The translations under genes were made by a program, and so were the position numbers. Under the pieces are notes generated by a model, which worked only from the letters and a program-made list of their open reading frames with translations, had not been told where the DNA came from and made no database searches. 64,000 nucleotides of DNA from Naegleria gruberi (Eukaryota): assembly GCA_000004985.1 (NCBI GenBank), contig GG738861.1. One strand, 5' to 3'. Shown piece by piece: positions 32,201 to 44,123 of the stretch (its first letter is position 1; every line of letters begins with the position of its first letter).

Positions 32201-35034
32201 ATGTCTACAAAGGACGAAAGTGAATCACCACAAATTTCTGAAGAAAATACAGCTTCACCGCAAGCAACAAACTCTACCTATCAGAGAAGAATAGAATCTC
32301 TTCATCAGGAGCACAATAACGGCATCAAAAACTACTTAATTACTTTGGATCCTGCCGAATATAAATGTTGGTCAACAGAGGAAATATGTGCATTGTTGGT
32401 GTCGAGCAAATGTTTAGTGCTAGAAGATGTGCAACCACTACTTCAAGCCAAATTTAGAGGGGGAAGTATTGATAACATTATAATCGATATAAAACAAAAA
32501 GCTGGAAACTTAGAAGCAATATACGAAATAGAGCATAGATCCTTCCCCTCTGTTCCAATAGACACCCTTAAAAGCGTCGTAAATTGGATCAACTTTAATC
32601 TGATTCCAAACCTGTATCACAAATGGAGTGTTGCCCAAGTGAAAGAACTTTTGTGTTCAAATGGTGGATTGAGCGAACAAGAGTACTTGCCATTATGTGA
32701 GATCTCAGGTCAAGACTTGGTGAAAATAGTTCCATATGTAATTGATTGTCAACATGTATATATTAGGGAAAAGAAAATAGAATTATCCCCAAAAGCTTGC
32801 AAGAGAATTATTAGTACCCAATTCCACACTTTCCCAATAGAAAATTTACTATTTCAGTATGACATTGCTGGTCAAGAAAATAGACTCCTAAGACTAAAGA
32901 AACTTGGAATTGTGTGCTACGACAAGAAAATGTTGGGTTGTGTTCATGATTTGCTGATACTCTTAGAAAAATTAGAAATTGCAATCCAAGAATATGAAAA
33001 AAGAAAAACAAGTTCAATATCTGTATTTAATGAGCAAATGGACAAGTTGGGTTTGAGCAAGTCAGATTCTTATATTTATTTATACCCTAAACTTGATTTT
33101 GAAGATGAAGATGAAGAAACCTCTTTTTCTTGCGAACACGTTGTGTGCTCATTTGCTCCAACATTTCCTTACAATAAGTATGAGGATAGAGAAACTTATT
33201 TAAAGAGAAGAAATGTATTGACATTTACAGAACCTCCAGGAACAGGAAAAACTCATTCTGCTTTTCACTTAACGAGTTGTGGGAGAATGGTAATTCCTGT
33301 ATCACCAAAGCATATTTCCAGATTATTTCAACAATTATCCTTTTGTGGTGATTCACGTTTTGATTTGGACAGAATCACCCAAAAATTCACAGAGTTTTAT
33401 CACAGATTGGGTTGTTTTTTGATCAAGTATGCTGAATTGTATGTAAGGGAGACTAATCCACTCTCTTCATCTTCCATAATGCAATATATTTTGAGATTCC
33501 TTTGGAGCGGTGGGGGAAACTGGATTGGTGAGCAAGATTTGAGACTTTTTCTTCTATTTTTCCTCAACCTCAGTATAATAGAACTGTTTGGATTTTAGAT
33601 GAGGTTCAATGTATTGATTATGAATGTGGTTTAAAGGTACCCCGTCGTGATGCTGAAAGTGGTGACGGTTCCTTGTTGACCTTACTAGTTTCTTGGCTGA
33701 GATTAAAGGGTGCAGTGGTGCTTACTACAACAAATTTCTCTGCAGTCAAAGGTAAAATTGAAAGATTAATTTCATCAGATACTGGAAAAGAGGTTTTGGA
33801 AAAGTGTTCATACGAATTCAAATTACTTCCACTGCTTAATCCAAAGCAAGTCATTGAGTTTTTGAGGTATTTCATTACGGTAGACTCAAGAAGATTGTGG
33901 GTTTATGTTTCCTTCTTTTTACAAGGCACAATAAGAAATGTTGAATCTTTCTTGCAGAAATTGTATTTTAAAGCAAGTGAAGAAAAAGCTGCAGGTTTAG
34001 GTGATGACTTTATATTGAGTGTTCTTCATTCTTTTTGTAGAGACAAGGTTTCACTTAAATTGAGTAGAAAGGAAGAAATGGGTTCAACATTTCCAAATTT
34101 TGAATACATATTTTACAAACTAGCAATAGCTGGGGAAGTTAATCTGCAAGAGTTAAATCTCACTGAAGAACAATGCGAACTAACCAAATTTTTAATTTGT
34201 AACGGAGTGAGCTTTATCTACATGCAAGAGTCTTATACATACAAGTTATCAAGTTGCCTTGAAAAAGGAAGAATGTTGAATTATGTATTTGACAAGTTTA
34301 CAAAGAAAAATTGGGTTGCAGAAATATTTACAATTTTAGTTAATAACAAGAATTCTACTTCCCAAGACATCTCATTGCTTGCAGAAGTATTTCTTGTAGA
34401 TATACTTATTAATCACTTTGGTTCATTAATTGCTCCACTTGTTAAAGGTTCATATGTCGACTCGTATGAATTACTGGCGAAGCACTATTTTGAAGATCCT
34501 CAATCATCTACCATCGATAAAGATAATGTTAAGATGTCTTCATTGATGATCGAATATCTTGCTGTCCAGACAAAGAGCAAGTATGACACAATCTGTCAAT
34601 TTTTGTCTCGCACAGGACAGTTTGCTGAAATTGACATACTGGGAATATTGTCAACAAAAGATAGCAAAAATTGTTTACCAAGCGCTATTCCACTAACTGT
34701 AGCCATTTCCAGAAGTAACGACAACCAGTCCAAGAAATTGAAAAAAGACTTTGCCAGTTCAATGTACAGAAATAACTCGACCAAAAGGAAGAGTGTAAGA
34801 ATGTTATTTCATCCTAATTGCTCATATTCAAAGAGTTTAAATGACAGAATTACTGAGGGAACGTTTAATAATGAAACAGAGAAGGTAACAATCAAACAGG
34901 TCCTTACAGACTATTCTGTAATTACTGGAGATGATCAGTGTGTTATTGAGATTAGTTCTGGAATTGAAAAACAATGGCCTGAATGGAAACCATTTATGGA
35001 CAGTTGGAGAAAGCTTTTTGTTGAGAATCAATAA
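32201..35034 (+). CDS. Tandem SAM-like domains + P-loop NTPase + large alpha-helical C-terminal region, 2 exons approx 32201..33527 and 33599..35034 (~920 aa). Novel signalling NTPase candidate
   Basis: Track ORFs 32201..33598 and 33673..35034 join by a GTGAGC...GATTTTAG intron (33528..33598, 71 nt, phase 1). The first ORF's tail (LFLLFFLNLSIIELFGF*) is intron read-through and the second ORF has no ATG. SAM-like segments WSTEEICALLVSS...LEDVQPLL and WSVAQVKELLCSNGGLSEQEYLPLCEISGQDLVKIV. Walker A TFTEPPGTGKTHSAF. hhhTTN sensor-like AVVLTTTN after the junction. Confidence 0.6.
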
Positions 35035-35152
35035 ATATTGACACCTTAATAGTTGAAAGGGTTTATTGTGATAAACAAATCTGATATCTCCAAGTTAGTT
35101 AAAAAAATATAATTCAAATAACTAATAAATTTATTAAACTCGACTATTAAAA

Positions 35153-36592
35153 TTAAGCAATTTCGAGACCTTCAATCTTTTCATCAATAATCTTGGTTTC
35201 AGGAAGAAGAATCTTGTTGGTAGCAATGTCAAATACCATAATGTAACTTCTAATGGCATCATCAGTTTCTTCTGACTTGACAGCAACAATTTCATTTGGT
35301 CTACCAGGAATAAATTTCACACTAGAGAAACCACGAGCTGGTGAAATAATCTCACCAATTTTTGTCACTGTAATATCACTGAAATCTTCAGAGGCAGAAA
35401 TGACATGATTGGAACCTCTTTGTTCATCCTTCTTTTCGTCATAGGTTTCGAAAGAAACTCTTCTTGGAAGGAAGAACCATCTCTTATGGAAGTCGCTCCA
35501 TTCAGCAGCTTCATGAACCATATATCCAGTAGTCTTAATTCCAACAGCTCTGAGCATCTTTTTATAATTTGAAACCCAATTAACATGTTCAACATGACCT
35601 CTATTATCAATAGTCTTAATATACATTGGATCATGATTGAGAATTTTACCTTCACCAGTTGTCCATTCCTTACCAATACTACCAATATATAACTTGTTAT
35701 CCTTAACAGTTGCCCATTCACATTTGAAACCTTTAGCAGTTGTTTCTCCATTACCATCCGGTAAAATGTGACGAGCAATGGCTCTAACTTGAACATTTCC
35801 ATCACTTCCCTTTGAGGTAATCAATTGATAAACAATACCAGTACGATCATCAGCAGAATATAATTTTCCATTGAACATTTTCAATTCAGAAAGTTCCATA
35901 CCACGTGATCCTTCAACTAAAAGACCATTAATTTCCCATGGTTTTTCATTAAATGAAACTGAATAAGCTCCAGTTTGTTCATTTCTCTTCAAAAGCCCTT
36001 TCAATAAGACACTCTTCCATTGGGTTCCCTTCTTATCATCAGTAACTTTACTTGCCTTATCTCTATCGGCAACAAGTAAAATTGGGAATTCAAGTCTTGA
36101 ACTTTGTTGAGAACTAATTGATGATTTTGGCACCTTTCCAAAGAGAGTAGAAGCATCAGAAGAAGATGAAAGTTGGTTAACATTGAGAGTACTATCAGGA
36201 TTCGATGAATAAAAAGCTACAACTGTAATACCAAGAGTAATCAATACCAAGGCAATAAAAACAGGATATAATATACGTTTGTTCTTCAACACAAAAGCAA
36301 AAAGTGAAGAAGTAGAGGACTTAGAGCCAGTATTATTGGCTTGACCATTTTCAAGATCGGACGATAACATTTCTGTGAGTGATTCTTCTGAAGAAAAGTT
36401 TGAATTGGTTTGATAAATAATAGGGGATTGGATAATAGAGGAAGATGTTGCAATGTTGAGAGGAGATGTGATGGTGGTGGTTGTATTGGTTGGAATATTA
36501 ATTGATAAATTGGCAAGTGGATGAGAATGGTTATTGTGTTCCTCTGATAAAAGATTGGTCAATGATTGAGTGGAGAATGTTCTCTTATGCAT
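35153..36592 (-). CDS. CANT1: Calcium-activated nucleotidase / apyrase (CANT1 family), type II membrane protein, 479 aa
   Basis: Extended collinear similarity to the CANT1 nucleotidase domain (MELSELKMFNGKLYSADDRTGIVYQL..., GFKCEWATVKDNKLYIGSIGKEWTT, VNWVSNYKKMLRAVGI, WSDFHKRWFFLPRR, GFSSVKFIPG, SYIMVFD, LLPETKI). N-terminal signal-anchor (ILYPVFIALVLITLGITVVAF). Confidence 0.85.
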   Translation of the reverse strand: MHKRTFSTQSLTNLLSEEHNNHSHPLANLSINIPTNTTTTITSPLNIATSSSIIQSPIIYQTNSNFSSEESLTEMLSSDLENGQANNTGSKSSTSSLFAFVLKNKRILYPVFIALVLITLGITVVAFYSSNPDSTLNVNQLSSSSDASTLFGKVPKSSISSQQSSRLEFPILLVADRDKASKVTDDKKGTQWKSVLLKGLLKRNEQTGAYSVSFNEKPWEINGLLVEGSRGMELSELKMFNGKLYSADDRTGIVYQLITSKGSDGNVQVRAIARHILPDGNGETTAKGFKCEWATVKDNKLYIGSIGKEWTTGEGKILNHDPMYIKTIDNRGHVEHVNWVSNYKKMLRAVGIKTTGYMVHEAAEWSDFHKRWFFLPRRVSFETYDEKKDEQRGSNHVISASEDFSDITVTKIGEIISPARGFSSVKFIPGRPNEIVAVKSEETDDAIRSYIMVFDIATNKILLPETKIIDEKIEGLEIA

Positions 36593-37124
36593 ACGTTATA
36601 TATATACTATTTTGAGAGTGCACACAATTATATAATAATAATGGGAATCTTATTCTGTAAATTATTCCAATTATTATTATTAAATAGTTGTACAATCAGT
36701 GTTGTTGTGATGATTGTTGGTTATATATTATTACAATACAGATAAATATTGGGTCCAACTGTGTTGATGATGATGATAATTGTGTATTGATCCTCTCTTC
36801 CGAAATAAAGTTTTTATATTAATATCAACAACCACACTTTGATTTTAAACTGTTCAGGCTATGTGCAGTTGAAGTGTGTGGAGAGAATTTTTTCGTCACA
36901 ACTTTTAATTCGTGTCACCCAACGAATACCAACAACCATTTTCAACCTTGATTGCTTAGTTAAATTGACAATCAAAAGAGAAAACAAAATCTAGATATTA
37001 AAAAATCTGATGTTCTATAGTGTAATAATTCAAATCAGTTCATTTGCATTTAATAATATTTAATTGATTAATATTCAAAGTGAAACTATTCAATTTTTGA
37101 GAGAATATAAGATTACAGTAATAT

Positions 37125-38503
37125 TTATTCTAATTTGAGGAAAGGATTGGAGGTATTGACAGTAATTAAGACATAAGGAGCCCATTCCATACCATAAGTA
37201 CTCAACATCATGGCAGCAGAACCCAAAGATGAAGTATCAATGTCTTGAGAATATGATTGATCTTCCAAATGTCCATAGTTGTCACGGAAGTATTTGTGAA
37301 CCTTCTTTTCATTCTTCTTAATCTTCAACAAGGTTACTGTATAATTTGGTGGTAAACCATAACGTAAAATTGATTCAACATAAACACGAATAACCTTCAA
37401 GTGAATCCAAGCAGTAAAACATTCAGAGAAAGCCATGTTACACCAATCAATCAATTCATGCTTTGTTCTATCGAGTTTTTCAATCATTTCTTCCTTTTGC
37501 AATTTAGACAATTCAGCCTTTTCCTTATCATAACTAAATTCTCTAACGACATACTTCTTCTTTAAACAATTACTCTTAAAATCATCTGCAATCTTCTTCA
37601 AAACAACAACATTGTACAAAGCAGAGTCATTGTCTTCATAAATAAGTTCAGCAGAATCTGGAACAACAAAATCGGTCAATTCAGTGTAAGTAGTTTCCCA
37701 ATCCTTTTGCAAAGATTTTGGAATAACAACAAAGATTGTTTGCAAATATTCAGTATCTAAAACATGATCCTTTTGAATGATACCATCAAGACTACGAACA
37801 GTAAGGTTACCAGATATCTTTCTTTCAAGTTGTTGAACGTTTTGCTTCAAGTTGGTATATTCAGAAATCTTGAAACGAAGTTCTTCGTCAAGTTTGGCAG
37901 TCTTTTTGTGAATGTTATCGGCAATATCTCTAATTGGCTTGGTAACAAGGTATTGAGAGTCATCCCATTGGAAAAAGTCAAGATAGGTTTGGACTGGGAC
38001 AAAAGTATCTTCCTTCAAGATAATTTGTGGAACAAAATCACTAGTTTCAGTGAGTTCACCTAAAATTGTGTCAATTTAAACTAGAAATTAATAAATACGT
38101 ACTAGTATCAGCCAAAGTCTTTAAGGCTTTCATGGTAACTTGTTCACAGCTGCTGTCATACTTGTTGAAATCATCACTGAGTTGCAACAATTGATCAACT
38201 GTTCCGACCTTCAATCTTGGGAGTTTAATTTCAACGCATTCACAAGCGTTTTGTTGATGCTGCAGACTATTCTTGATTCTTCTAAAGGTTCCAGAAGCAT
38301 CTTCGGAAGGTTCATTAGGAACAGAAACAAGCCAATATACCTATTATCCACACATCATCATCCGAACAATTCAGTCCACAAAAATTTGTATAAATTCATC
38401 ATTATAAAATCATAATCATTAAAGGTGTTGTTGTTCAATATAAAAATATCAAGAGAGAATATGTAAATATTTCTGTGCTATTTTCAAGCTGAAAACTCAC
38501 CAT
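37125..38503 (-). CDS. ATP6V1C: V-type ATPase subunit C, 3 exons approx 38501..38503 (ATG only), 38103..38340, 37125..38059 (~391 aa)
   Basis: Track ORF 37125..38018 (TTG-started) matches the C-terminal 2/3 of V-ATPase C (FQWDDSQYLVTKPI, AWIHLKVIRVYVESILRYGLPPNYT). The upstream exon encodes VYWLVSVPNEPSEDASGTFRRIKNS...LKVGTVDQLLQLSDDF, matching the V-ATPase C N-terminus. It is joined by A|GTACGT...TTTTAG (43-nt intron) and preceded by ATG|GTGAGT...AATAG (160-nt intron). Confidence 0.8.
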
Positions 38504-38774
38504 CTTTGCTGCTACAAAAAAAACGGTGGGAAAGCTGTGGATATTTTTTTAAAATAAAATATTATTAATATTTTAATATTTTTATCATCTCCGGAGTTTA
38601 AAAACGGAAGACAGGCCAAAATAATTTTCTACTTTTTTCACTCCACTCCTGTCAATAAATATATTTAATAATAAATGTAATTTTCTTTGTAAAGCCAATA
38701 ATATCTATCTGACAATTTGTTCAGAGAATAATTTATGAAATTAATGTTAAAAAATCAATAAGTTTAGAATAAGG

Positions 38775-39962
38775 TTATTTATTCTTCTTTTCTTCAAAGG
38801 TTTCTTCCAAAGAGGAGGATTCTGTATTATTATTGAAATCATCGTCATCATCCTTTTCCCTATGGAAATATAAACGCTTATTTCGATTACTTGAATTGGA
38901 AGTCTTTTTAGTTGGGGTTGAATTCTTACTGCTAGTTTTTGTCATTCCATATCCACTTTCTGAGGCAATACCCTCGAGAACACTGATTGTAAGATTGAGA
39001 TCATTCTCTTGTTTTTCCAAACTTTCTTGAATTTCAATATCTTCCTCCAAATGTTCAGGTCTTTGTAAATGAGGTGGTAAAATCATTATTGAGGAGGGAA
39101 AATATTCCCTTCTCTTTTCATCAATACATTCATCCATAATTTGTACATCAGTATCGTCCACACTTGATAATTCATTTTCTCCCATTGAAGAATAAAAGGA
39201 GAGAGTTTTCATTGAGGATTCATTATTTTCATGATCCTCTTCGAGATGTTCTTGTTGTGTCGAGTTAAAATCGTTGGGTGTTGATTTTTGATAATCCTCC
39301 ATAATGGATGGTGGAATGGTGCTGCTGTTGGTGGTATTGTTGGAATCTTGATCCTCGTAGGCCTCTGGATTTTCACCTTCTGATGATTGTTGATCCTCTG
39401 CACCATTACTCATTTTCATTGCTGTTGGTGAGATAGTATCCAAATGGTATTGTGAAAATTCATGTTGTTGATAGTGTTGATTTGACAATTTGATCAATTT
39501 CAATGTATTCGGATTGAATTGAATATGAAATAAATATAAAGACATATTCAGACCATAGATATAATCACTGGCAAAATGTCTCTTTTGCTGAGTGAAAAAG
39601 TGCATAATCAGAAACAAGACAATCAAGAAAAAGGCAACTGCCGATATCAAATTACTCTCATATTGTTCCTGCTCAAGTTTAGCCTTTTCCAAATCTTTTG
39701 CTGTTGTACCACTCGGTTGAAATCTAACACAATTTTCGTGCCTTGTCGGAGATGATTTTGGCTTGGCTTGTTGCTGCTGATGATGACTTGAAGGATACTC
39801 GAATAGGCTATTGTTGTCATTATTGACTGAATTATTATTTGGTATTATTACATTGGTGCTATTGGTATTGGTGCTGTTATTGTGGATGAGAGAAGTGGGA
39901 CTCTCCACAATCTTGTATTTGTAATAATAAAAAGTGAAAAATCCTAGAATGAACAGTATCAA
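38775..39962 (-). CDS. Hypothetical low-complexity (N/S/Q/E-rich) membrane protein. Track start is a TTG, so the true 5' end is unresolved
   Basis: 395-codon open frame with two hydrophobic segments (LFILGFFTFYYY, AVAFFLIVLFLIMHFF) and long polar low-complexity tracts. No in-frame ATG at the start of the ORF. Confidence 0.35.
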   Translation of the reverse strand: MILFILGFFTFYYYKYKIVESPTSLIHNNSTNTNSTNVIIPNNNSVNNDNNSLFEYPSSHHQQQQAKPKSSPTRHENCVRFQPSGTTAKDLEKAKLEQEQYESNLISAVAFFLIVLFLIMHFFTQQKRHFASDYIYGLNMSLYLFHIQFNPNTLKLIKLSNQHYQQHEFSQYHLDTISPTAMKMSNGAEDQQSSEGENPEAYEDQDSNNTTNSSTIPPSIMEDYQKSTPNDFNSTQQEHLEEDHENNESSMKTLSFYSSMGENELSSVDDTDVQIMDECIDEKRREYFPSSIMILPPHLQRPEHLEEDIEIQESLEKQENDLNLTISVLEGIASESGYGMTKTSSKNSTPTKKTSNSSNRNKRLYFHREKDDDDDFNNNTESSSLEETFEEKKNK

Positions 39963-40351
39963 TATGGAATGATGTATAACTGTATATTAATTTCCGATGA
40001 TCGTTATTGATAATTATTATGATGATTAATATGAATACAATATATATTTAATACACTACATATCCACAGTCGTTGTACTCGCAATTTATCGGAATATCGT
40101 TGTGAGATGTGTCTTTCAAAGGTTCGTAAATCTAATTTGAAGATAATACTCTTGTTAATTTTCTAATATATTCCTATTTACCTCTTTTCCGCTCTTTTGA
40201 TAATTGTATTGTCATTGGTTGAGTGATTGAGTCTTGTTCAAATATTTTTTTTGTTTGTTAATTTGTGTGCTCCTCATAAGCAGCTTTGGGGTTTTTGAGT
40301 TGTCAAACAAAAGGAAAATTAAATGTTTTTAAGGTTTTATTATTATCAAAA

Positions 40352-42457
40352 TTATTCGACAGCAACATGGGTTGCCTTTCTATTCTTTGAGAGGATGGCA
40401 TAGGCTTCATCGAGAGTAAGTCCCTTTTCCTCCATACATTTGAGTAATTCATCTTTTGGTACATTGACCTTCTTCTTGACAAAGAATGTCAAAATGAAAC
40501 TGAGAATACCAGTACCACCAATAATATAAAAGACAAAACGATGGTCAATTGGGAAGCCAATTCCACTTGAAACAATTGAGGCAAATGTAATACCAATGAA
40601 AAGTGGACCAATCATTCTTGCAATTGATACCAAGGATTGAGCAGTACCATTCAAAACACCTTGAGCACTGTTGGTAACAGAATTTGAGGTGAAAGTGAAT
40701 GAGCAAGAGAACATGAGACCAATACCAATTTGTCTAACCAAGAGAGTAATACTCATAAAGCTCCATAATACAATAGTTTTCCATAATTGATAATCTTCTG
40801 GATCATTTCCAAACCAGCAAACTTCTGGGAATGCAATAAGGGCAGCAGTGTGAATGACTAAACCAACACGGAAAGCGTTCAATGAACCCAATCTTGACAT
40901 GAGCAATGGAACGAATACCAATTGATTAAGGAAAATAAATCCACCAGTAATGGCACCAACAACTTTTTGAGAATTAATATTACTAAAATAATTAAGAATA
41001 CTTACTACCAACTATTAGTATTTGGGATATTATTCAACATGTTAAAAAAATGTTTAGAAATAGCTCAGTTTTAAAAAAATCAAAATAGATCCACTTACTT
41101 TCATAAGGTGTAAAATTCAAGCCATTGTCAGAGATTGGTAACATGGCATAGAGAGGGAAAACTTCATCAAACATGACTTGCATGAAACCAACAGACATGT
41201 ACAAGACACATGTCAAAAGAGGATCAAAACCATGGAAAATTTCATGTTTGAAGAATGATTTGAGTTTTCCCTTTGTAGTTACAGGTTCTTCATCAAGACC
41301 TGCCTTTGAAGCAAGTGATTTCTTAGATTCCTTTTCAATTTCTGCAATTTCAGAAGCAGGTTTTTTAGATAAAACATATTTTCTATAATATGAACTGTTG
41401 ACATTGGTTTCCTCCAAGAAAAAGTATCCCAAAACAACAGCAAGCAATCCCAAAACAGTGACAAGGATATTTGGAATCAAGTAAGGGAAAACTTCACACC
41501 AATCATAAATCCACTCAGGGAACAATTTCATAAATTCAGGATATTGAATGTTAGGTCTAGAGAAGACACCACCAACTACAAATTGTTCTAATCGGGCTGA
41601 AAGATAATTGAAAAAAACTTACTGAGCGGACCTACTACAGCAGCCAAACCAAAAGTAACACCTACTACACTGAAAGCTCTTCCTCTATTCGAACCATCTG
41701 TAATTTCAGTCAGATAACTCTTTGTTACACCAAGATTACCATTCAACAAACCAAATAAGAAACGTGAAAGAATAGCCCACCACAACCATTTAGAAAATCC
41801 GAATAGACCACATGATAATGAACCCAAAGTAACACCAATAAGCAAAATTGGTCTTCTTCCTATTTAATATTTTCCACAAGAATAATTTAATGAATTATTT
41901 TGATTTGAATCTCTAATAATTAGAGAGCTGACAACTTACCAATTTTATCACTCAAATATCCCCAAAAGAAACTAGAGAACAATTGAGAAAGATAATAGGA
42001 TGAAGCAATAATACCAGCAAAATAACCCAATTGTTGTGTATCCTCTATAAATAATTATTCAATAGAAATTACATAATAATTGCAATATTCACCAAGTTGA
42101 ATAAAGATGAAGAATGGTATTATTATTATCAAGATGACAAAGACCAAGTAAAAACATACCAACAATATGAAAGTCGGCAACCATAAATCCGATGTATGCA
42201 AAAATTGAAGTAATACTCAAACTATCTACTAGATAAATAAAGAAAACAATAGAAATTTGTTTCCAAGGTAATGGTGTTTCTTGTTTTGGTGCATTTGTTG
42301 CAGCACCATTGGCATCATCACTTGGTGTTAATTGCAAATTCTTTTTCTTTGCATTAATTTCCTCCAACTCGATATCGTGCATTTCATCCGAAGGGCTGGG
42401 CTGATGAGCAGAATGTTGTGTATTTGTATCTTCTTCATCTTCTAATCGTAGAGACAT
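40352..42457 (-). CDS. Major facilitator superfamily transporter, 5 exons approx 42160..42457, 41940..42044, 41623..41859, 41099..41575 (alt 41596), 40352..41004 (~589 aa)
   Basis: Four track ORFs on one strand (42089..42457, 41588..41845, 41034..41531, 40352..41011) join through GTATGT/GTAAGT...TAG introns, all in phase 1. MFS motif A GYLSDKIG-RRPILLIGVTLGS. Multiple TM helices. True ATG at 42457. Summed exon length 1770 nt = 590 codons. Confidence 0.75.
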
Positions 42458-43356
42458 TTTTTGTTATTATTATTATTTGGGTTATGATTGTTGGTGAAGG
42501 TTGGTGAATAAAAGAAGGAATTGAGTGACTCTGCCTTTTTCTTATCGAAGAAATATTTGATGATGGTCGGGAGAATGGTTTTTTTGCAATTCGGTTTTGT
42601 TATTCCTCCCACGAACAGCATTCCTCCTTCAAATAGATACCTGCCTCAAATCACACACATTGACATGTGAGGAATTGGCAAGAGAGCAATACCTTCCCTT
42701 TTGAATAACATCGTGGCCATAGCATGAGATTCGGCAATGTATGATTAAGCAACGCATTTGCATGACAACCATTCAATCAGTCATTTGTTTTATGAAAGAA
42801 GTGAAATCTTGTTAAGGTTAAAGAGATAATGTTATTTTCTTTACTACTATTAAAACTCTCAATCATAACATTCTCATCAAATCTGAGAGACGGATTGGAT
42901 TGGAGTGAAGACATTTTTCTTTTTGCTTTCTCAATCTTTAGGAGTTCTTATGATGGAGTGGTGGAGTAATTGGAGGAGTTTCCATGAGTTCAGTCAATGA
43001 AATACAGGTTTGATGGAATAGTGTGTTGCTATTCACATTCTAGGATTGTAAAAGCTTCTTTTTATTGAACTTGTACAGTAAGAATGAGAAGTATTCAACC
43101 TCCTTGGAATTGGGGAGTGAGATGAATGCTTTCACCATTCTTTAAGCCAGTGTCGATTATTGAGGAATCGTCTGGGAGAATCTTTCCATTCGAGACTAAT
43201 CACACTGTTAGGTCATAGTTATATCATAACCGTGTTCAAATGAGTGGAAACTATTGTGTAAATCGGAATAATTCCATTATACACTCACTCGGGTGAAATT
43301 ATGTTAACTCGCGCTTGATTCATAACTGGTCCTTAAATGAGAAAAATTAATTTTAT

Positions 43357-44103
43357 TCAACAATAACTGTGGCCACTACAAAATTCAGAAATTGATTGAG
43401 AATCAACCATTTGCTCCATTAAGGTGATACCACACAGTGATTTTGTTGAAAGTCTGCAAGCGAGCCCAACAGAGTGAAGCCCATCATTGAATGGAGAGCA
43501 AATATCCTTCATCGAGTCCGAGCACCTCATTGTTGAATCGACAGTCCTCAATGCTTTCAAATATTGAACTGCTCCTTTGCAAACGGCACAGGCTGTTGTT
43601 GAAGATTTCACATCAAAATCCGAATAGTTATTGATACAGGTAGTTTTTGCTGTATCCGTAGTTTCTAGTCTACAATTACATCTCAGTTTGTGATCCAAAT
43701 ACATGGAAAATTGAGCAATACCTTTGGCAAATTGATATTTTGCCTCCGTCAGGTTTGTCTTGATTGTAATAGCTGTTACTTGTGGAACGATATTATATTG
43801 AATGACCGAGTCTTGAAAATCTGATAACATTGCAGAGAGCTATTATAAATTGTTGATGATCAGAAATTAATACATTATGTTTTGTTGTAGTTATTATTAA
43901 CATAGTTTAACGATTTGTGATGAAAATTATTTAAAAGGTTATTTCATGTTCCCGTCATTACATGATTAAGGACGTGATATATGACCAAAACCTACCTCAC
44001 TTATTGACTGTCCATTAACTTTTCCTCCCTTAAAAGAACTCAATAATCCAATCATAACAAAAAATATCATCACCAATACCACCATAACCTCATTCCTCAA
44101 CAT
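43357..44103 (-). CDS. Secreted cysteine-rich protein, saposin-like (SAPLIP) candidate, 2 exons approx 43996..44103 (signal peptide) and 43357..43839 (~196 aa)
   Basis: Exon 1 (MLRNEVMVVLVMIFFVMIGLLSSFKGGKVNGQSISE) ends in GAG|GTAGGT and joins in frame at ATAATAG|CTC to track ORF 43357..43830. Cys spacing is consistent with a saposin-like fold: TTACAVCKGAVQYLKAL...CSDSMKDICSPF...GLACRL...LCGI...FCSGHSYC. Confidence 0.5.
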
Positions 44104-44123
44104 TGAATTTTTCCTTCTTATTG

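Noticed and set aside
41597-41622. Possible 26-nt intron (GTAAGT...TTTCAG) in the MFS transporter
   Set aside because: Shorter than any plausible U2-type intron and shorter than all other introns in the window. The 47-nt alternative using the next AG keeps the frame equally well.
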